Assembly: GCF_009914755.1 (NCBI RefSeq)
Contig: NC_060933.1
DNA: 64,000 bases
Direction: 5' to 3' (one strand)
From: the human T2T-CHM13v2.0 reference genome, Homo sapiens
The translations under genes were made by a program, and so were the position numbers. Each line of letters starts with the position of its first letter. Position 1 is the first letter of the stretch. The notes beneath the pieces are model-generated. The model did not search any database and had not been told where the DNA came from. It saw only the letters and a program-made list of their open reading frames with translations. Positions 57,001-64,000 of the stretch are shown here, piece by piece.

Positions 57001-60000
57001 TTCCGTTCCGTTCCATTCCATTCCATTCCATTCCATTCCGTTCCGTTCCATTCCATTCCATTCAATTCTATTCGGGTTAATTCCATTCCATTCCATTCGA
57101 TTGCAATCGTGTTGATTCCATTCCATTCCATTCCATTCCATTTCCATTCCATTCAATTACGGATGATTCCATTCCATTGCATTCCATTCCATTCCATTCC
57201 CCTGTACTCGGGTTGATTCCATTCCATTGCATTCCATTCCATTCCATTCCATTCCATTCCATTCCATTCCATTCCATTCCATTACATTCCGATTGATTCT
57301 ATTCAATTCCCTTACACTCCATTACATTCCATTCCATTCGGGTAGTTTCCATTCCATTCCATTCCATTCCTCTCCATTCCATTGCACTCGGGTTGATTAC
57401 ATTCCATTGCATTCCATTCCATTCAATTCAATTCCATTCCGTTCCATTCCATTCCGTTACATTCGGATTGATTCTATTCAACTCCCTTACTCTCCATTAC
57501 ATTCCATTCCATTCTGGCTGTTCCATTCCATTCCATTCCATTCCATTCCACTCCATTCCATTCCACTCCATTCCATTGCACTCGGGTTTATTCCATTCCA
57601 TTCCATTCCATTCCATTCTATTCCATTCCGGAAAATTCCATTCCATTGCATTCCATTCCATTCCATTCCCCTGCCCTCGCGTTGATTCCATTCCATTCCA
57701 TTCCATTCCATTCCATTCCATTCCATTCCTTTCCGTTCCATTCCATTCCATTCCATTCCATTCCATTCCATTCCATTCCGTTCCGTTCCGTTCCGTTCCA
57801 TTCCATTCCATTCCATTCTATTCGGGTTAATTCCATTCCATTCCATTCGATTGCAATCGAGTTGATTCCATTCCATTCCATTCCATTCCATTCCATTCCA
57901 TTCCTTTCCATTCCATTACGGATGATTCCATTCCATTGCATTCCATTCCATTCCATTCCCCTGTACTCGGGTTGATTCCATTCCATTCCATTCCAATCCA
58001 TGCCATTCCACTCGTGTTGATTCCATTCTTTCCATTCCATTCAAGTTGAATCCATTCCATTGCATTCCATTCCATTCCATTCCCCTGCAGTCGGGTTGAT
58101 TCCATTCCATTCCATTCTATTCCATTCCATTCAATTCCATTCCAATCGAGTTGATTCCATACCATTCCATTCCATTCCATTCCACTCCATTCCAGTCGTT
58201 TCCATTGCATTCCACTCGGGTTGATTCCAAAGTATTCCTTTCCATTGCATTCCATTCCATTGCAATCGAGTTGATTCCATTGCTTTGCATTCCATTCCAT
58301 TCCATTCCATACCGGATTATTCCATTCCATTGCATTCCATTCCATTCCATTCCCCTGCACTCGGGTTCATTACATTCCATTCCACTCCATTCAGTTCCAT
58401 TCCATTCCATTCCATTGTATTAGGGTTAATTCCATTCCATTCCATTCCATTCCATTCCATTCCATTGCATTACAATCGAGTTGATACCATTCCATTCCAT
58501 TCCATTCCAGACCTTTCCATTCCATTCCACTCGGGTTGATTCCGTTCTATTAGTTTCCATTCCATTCCATTCCCTTCCATTCCACTCTGGTTGATTCCAT
58601 TCCTTTCCATTCCACTCGAATACATTCCCTCCTATTCCACTCGGAACGATTCCATTCCATTCCATTCCATTCCATTCCATTCCATTCCATTCCATTCCAT
58701 TCCATTTCGTTCCATTCCATTCTATTCCGTATCATTCCATTCCATTCCATTCCATTCCATTCCATTCCATTCCATTCCACTCGTGTTGATTCTATTCCTT
58801 TCCATTCCATTCGGTTTGAAGGCATTCCATTCCATTCCATTCCATTCCATTCCATTCCATTCCATTCCATTGTACTCGGGTTGATTGCATTCCATTGCAT
58901 TCCATTCCATTCCATTCCGTTGCATTCCATTCCATTACATTCGGATTGATTCTATTCAACTCCCTTACATTCCATTACATTCCATTCCATTCGGGTTGTT
59001 CCATTCCATTCCATTCCATTCCACTCCATTCCATTGGACTCGGGTTGATTCCATTCCATTCCATTCCATTCCGGAAGATTCCATTCCATTACATTCCATT
59101 ACGTTCCATTCCCCTGCACTCGCGTTGATTCCATTCCATTCCATTCCATTCCATTCCATTCCATTCCATTCCTTTCCGTTCCATTCCATTCCATTCCATT
59201 CCGTTCCGTTCCGTTCCGTTCCGTTCCATTCCATTCCATTCCATTCTATTCGGGTTAATTCCATTCCATTCCATTCGATTGCTATCGAGTTGATTCCATT
59301 CCATTCCATTCCATTCCATTCCATTCCATTCCATTCCTTTCCATTCCCTTATGGATGATTCCATTCCATTGCATTCCATTCCATTCCATTCCCCTGTACT
59401 CGGGTTGATTCCATTCCATTCCATTCCAATCCACGCCATTCCACTCGTGTTGATTCCAATCTTTCCATTCCATTCAAGTTGAATCCATTCCATTGCATTC
59501 CATTCCATTCGATTCCATTCGATTGCACTCGGGTTGATTCCATACCATTGCATTCCATTCCATTCCATTTCATTCCAATCCATTCCTTTCCATTCCATTC
59601 CATTCCATTCCAATCCATTCCATTGCAATCGAGTTGATTCCATTCCATTCCATTCCATTCCATTCCATTGCAATCGAGTTGATTCCATTCCATTCCTTTC
59701 CATTCCATTCCATTGCCTTGCATTCCAATCGGGTTGATTCCATTCCATTCTTTCCACTCCATTACATTCCCTTCCATTCCACTCGGAATGATTGATTCCA
59801 TTCCATTCCATTCCATTTCATTCCGTTGCAATCCATTCCAATCTATTCCATTCCATTCCATTCCACTCGAGTTGATTTCATTCCATTCCTTTCCATTCCA
59901 TTCCATTCCTTTCCACTCCATTCCATTCCATTGCATTGCATTCCATTCCATGCCATTCCACTCGGGTTGATTCCATTCCTTTGCATTCCATTCCATTCCA

Positions 60001-60459
60001 TTCCGTTCCATTCCGTTCCATTCCGTTCCATTCCATTCCATTCCATTCTATTCGGGTTAATTCCATTCCATTCCATTCCATTCCATTGCAATCGAGTTGA
60101 ATCCACTGCATTTCATTCCATTCCATTCCATTCCATTCCATTCCGGAAGATTCAATTCCATTGCACTCCATTCCATTCCAATCCGCTGCACTCGCGTTGA
60201 TTCCATTCCATTGCATTCCATTCCATTCCATTCCGTTCCGTTCCATTCCATTGCATTCCATTCTCTTCGGGTTAATTCCATTCCATTCCATTCGATTGCA
60301 ATCGTGTTGATTCCATTCCATTCCATTCCATTCCATTCCATTCCATTCCTTTCCATTCCATTACGGATGATTCCATTCCATTGCATTCCATTCCATTCCA
60401 TTCCCCTGTACTCGGGTTGATTCCATTCCATTGCATTCCAATCCATGCCCTTCCACTCA

Positions 60460-63400
60460 TGTTGATTCCATTCTTTCCATTCCATTCAAGTTGAATCCAT
60501 TCCATTGGATTCCATTCCATTCGATTCCATTCGATTGCACTCGGGTTGATTCCATTCCATTGCATTCCATTCCATTCCATTCCATTCCATTCCATTCCCT
60601 TCCATTCCATTCCGTTCCATTCCATTCCATTACATTCGGATTGATTCTATTCAATTCCCTTACACTCCATTACATTCCATTCCATTCGGGTAGTTTCCAT
60701 TCCATTTCATTCCATTCCTCTCCATTCCTTTGCACTCGGGTTGATTCCATTCCATTGCATCCCATTCCATTCCATTCAATTCCATTCCCTTCCATTCCAT
60801 TCCATTACATTCGGATTGATTCTATTCAACTCCCTTAGTCTCCATTACATTCCATTCCATTCGGGTTGTTCCATTCCTTTCCATTCCATTCCACTCCATT
60901 CCATTGCACTCGGGTTTATTCCATTCCATTCCATTCCATTCCATTCAATTCCATTCCATTCCGGAAGATTCCATTCCATTGCATGCCATTCCATTCCATT
61001 CCCCTGCACTCGCGTTGATCCCATTCCATTCCATTCCATTCCTTTCCATTCCATTCCATTCCATTCCTTTCCGTTCCATTCCATTCCATTCCATTCCATT
61101 CCGTTCCGTTCTGTTCCATTCCATTCCATTCCATTCTATTCGGGTTAATTCCATTCCATTCCATTCGATTGCAATCGAGTTGATTCCATTCCATTCCATT
61201 CCATTCCTTTCCATTCCATTACGGATGATTCCATTCCATTGCATTCCATTCCATTCCATTCCCCTGTACTCGGGTTGATTCCATTCCATTCCATTCCAAT
61301 CCATGCCATTCCACTCGTGTTGATTTCATTCTTTCCATTCCATTCAAGTTGAATCCATTCCATTGCATTCCATTCCATTCCAATCCCATGCAGTCGGGTT
61401 GATTCCATTCCATTCCATTCCATTCCATTCCATTCCAATCAAGTTGATTCCATTCCATTCCATTCCATTGCATTCCATTCCATTCCACTCCATTCCAGTC
61501 CTTTCCATTCCTTTCCACTCGAGTTGATTCCAATGTATTCCTTTCCATTCCATTCCATTCCATTGCAATCGAGTTGATTCCATTGCTTTGCATTCCATTC
61601 CATTCCACTCCATTCCGGATGATTCCATTCCATTGCATTCCATTCCATTCCATTCCCCTGCACTCGGGTTGATTCCATTCCATTCCCCTCCATTCCATTC
61701 CATTCCATTCCATTCCATTGTATTCTGGTTAATTCCATTCCATTCCATTCCATTCCATTTCATTCCATTCCATTACAATCGAGTTGATTCCATTCCATTC
61801 CATTCCATTCCAGTCCTTTCCATTCCATTCCACTCGGGTTGATTCCATTCTATTAGTTTCCATTCCATTCCATTCCCTTCCATTGTTTTCGCGTTAATTC
61901 CATTCCATTCCATTCCATTCCATTGCATTCCATTCCATTCCATTACAATCGAGTTGATTCCATTCCATTCCATTCCATTCCAGTCCTTTCCATTCCATTC
62001 CACTCGGGTTGATTCCATTCTATTAGTTTCCATTCCATTCCATTCCCTTCCATTCCACTCTTGTTGATTCCATTCCTTTCCATTCCACTCGAATACATTC
62101 CCTCCTATTCCACTCGGAACGACTCCATTCCATTCCATTCCATTCCATTCCATTCCGTTCCATTTCGTTCCATTCCATTCTATTCCGTATCATTCCATTC
62201 CATTCCATTCCATTCCATTCCATTCCATTGAATTCCATTCCATTCCCTTACTTTCCGTTCCATTCCATTCCATTCCATTCCATTCCGTTCCGTTGCATTC
62301 CATTCCATTCCATTCTATTCGGGTTAATTCCATTCGATTCCATTCGATTGCAATCGAGTTGATTCCATTCCATTCCATTCCATTCCATTCCATTCCTTTC
62401 CATTCCATTACGGATGATTCCATTCCATTGCATTCCATTCCATTCCATTCCCCTGTACTCGGGTTGATTCCATTCCATTCCATTCCAATCCATGCCATTC
62501 CACTCGTGTTGATTCCATTCTTTTCATTCCATTCAAGTTGAATCCATTCCATTGCATTCCATTCCATTCGATTCCATTCGATTGCACTCGGGTTGATTCC
62601 ATTCCATTGCATTCCATTCCATTCCATTCCATTCCATTCCATTCCGTTCCGTTCCATTCCATTCCATTACATTCGGATTGATTCTATTCAATTCCCTTAC
62701 ACTCCATTACATTCCATTCCATTCGGGTAGTTTCCATTCCATTCCATTCCATTCCTCTCCATTCCATTGCACTCGGGTTGATTCCATTCCATTGCATCCC
62801 ATTCCATTCCATTCAATTCCATTCCGTTCCATTCCATTCCATTACATTCGCATTGATTCTATTCAACTCCCTTAGTCTCCATTACATTCCATTCCATTCG
62901 GGTTGTTCCATTCCATTCCATTCCATTCCACTCCATTCCATTGCACTCGGGTTTATTCCATTCCATTCCATTCCATTCCATTCCATTCCATTCCATTCCA
63001 TTCCGGAAGATTCCATTCCATTGCATTCCATTCCATTCCATTCCCCTGCACTCGCGTTGATTCCATTCCATTCCATTCCATTCCATTCCATTCCATTCCA
63101 TTCCATTCCTTTCCGTTCCATACCATTCCATTCCATTCCATTCCGTTCCGTTCCGTTCCATTCCATTCCATTCCATTCTATTCGGGTTAATTCCATTCCA
63201 TTCCATTCGATTGCAATCGAGTTGATTCCATTCCATTCCATTCCATTCCATTCCATTCCATTCCATTCCTTTCCATTCCATTACGGATGATTCCATTCCA
63301 TTGCATTCCATTCCATTCCATTCCCCTGTACTCGGGTTGATTCCATTCCATTCCATTCCAATCCATGCCATTCCACTCGTGTTGATTCCGTTCTTTCCAT

Positions 63401-63740
63401 TCCATTCAAGTTGAATCCATTCTATTGCATTCCATTCCATTCCATTCCCCTGCAGTCGGGTTGATTCCATTCCATTCCATTCCATTCCATTCCATTCCAA
63501 TCAAGTTGATTCCATTCCATTCCATTCCATTCCATTCCATTCCATTCCACTCCATTCCAGTCCTTTCCATTCCATTCCACTCGGGTTGATTCCAATGTAT
63601 TCCTTTCCATTCCATTCCATTCCATTGCAATCGAGTTGATTCCATTGCTTTGCATTCCATTCCTTTCCATTCCATTCCGGATGATTCCATTCCATTGCAT
63701 TCCATTCCATTCCATTCCCCTGTACTCGGGTTGATTCCAT
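60460..63740 (-). repeat. Near-tandem duplication, period ~2.04-2.06 kb (~60460-61680 vs ~62500-63740)
   Basis: Shared private variants GCATCCCATT (60757/62794), CCCTTAGTCTCC (~60832/~62868), CCAATCAAGTTG (61435/63497) and the same cassette order. Confidence 0.75.
61771..62060 (-). repeat. Local 170-bp tandem duplication
   Basis: CATTACAATCGAGTTG...CAGTCC...CTATTAGTTTCC...CCCTTCC occurs at 61771 and again at 61941. Confidence 0.85.
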
Positions 63741-64000
63741 TCCATTCCATTCCATTACAATCGAGTTGATTCCATTGCATTCCATTCCATTCCATTCCAT
63801 TGTATTCGGGTTAATTCCATTCCGTTCCATTCCATTCCATTACAATCGAGTTGATTCCATTCCATTCCATTCCATTCCATTCCATTCCATTTCGTTCCAC
63901 TCCACTCTATTCCGTACCATTCCATTCCATTCCTTTCCATTCCAATCCATGCTATTCCACTCGGGTTGATTCCATTCCTTTCCATTCCATTCGAGTTGAA

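Larger units (their letters stand above)
29672..64000 (-). repeat. Satellite III (HSat3-type) array, right arm, inverted orientation ((ATTCC)n on +); runs off the window end
   Basis: Continuous ATTCC pentamers with ACTCGGGTTG (reverse complement of CAACCCGAGT) and reverse complements of the same cassettes seen in the left arm. Confidence 0.97.

Noticed and set aside
1-64000. Hundreds of ORFs encoding MEWNG- or IPFHS-repeat peptides (up to 385 aa, e.g. 33608..34765)
   Set aside because: (GGAAT)3 is 15 nt with no stop codon on either strand and supplies ATG every 5 bp. ORFs overlap in all frames on both strands with no domain content, so they are translation artefacts.
1-64000. CRISPR-like repeat/spacer alternation (CAACCCGAGT separated by variable tracts)
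   Set aside because: The 'spacers' are the same pentamer repeat with highly variable length. There are no unique spacers, leader or cas genes.
1-64000. Fold-back read or assembly artefact as the explanation for the inversion
   Set aside because: The arms diverge in cassette order right beyond the 12-bp stems and carry arm-specific variants, whereas a fold-back artefact would be a mirror copy. A misjoin is not excluded without reads.
1-64000. Telomeric repeat, telomere fusion, alpha satellite/CENP-B boxes, or HSat2
   Set aside because: No TTAGGG arrays and no 171-bp monomer. Long pure ATTCC runs with CAACCCGAGT fit HSat3 rather than the CATTCGATTC/ATGATG-rich HSat2 unit.
1-64000. EWS-FLI1-type GGAA microsatellite or canonical G-quadruplex tracts
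   Set aside because: The period is 5, not contiguous (GGAA)n. G-runs of three or more are isolated, not four in close succession.
1-64000. Assignment to a specific chromosome or HSat3 subfamily
   Set aside because: Needs k-mer classification or alignment that I cannot run, so none is claimed.

Overview
The whole 64 kb window is classical satellite III (HSat3-type; human/great-ape pericentromeric heterochromatin): diverged (GGAAT)n/(ATTCC)n pentamers interrupted by the diagnostic decamer CAACCCGAGT and a small vocabulary of recurring cassettes. I see no genes, RNA genes, transposons or unique sequence. All listed ORFs (MEWNG / IPFHS repeats) are translation artefacts of a stop-free 5-bp repeat. 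The dominant structural feature is one strand switch at ~29,672-29,676: GGAAT on + to the left and ATTCC on + to the right, so the G-rich strands converge. The join is a 28-bp near-perfect palindrome with a 5-bp microhomology (ACTCG). It is flanked by a 100-bp deletion on the left and a ~30-bp out-of-context cassette fragment on the right. Other observations are dozens of perfect three-unit heat-shock-element matches (GGAATCTTCCGGAAT), a loose ~6/12 kb higher-order organisation, several 2-2.7 kb tandem duplications, dispersed direct and inverted paralogous blocks, and arm-specific variants. I found no support for a new coding system. All counts and block boundaries were made by eye and are approximate, and chromosome and subfamily cannot be assigned without a search.
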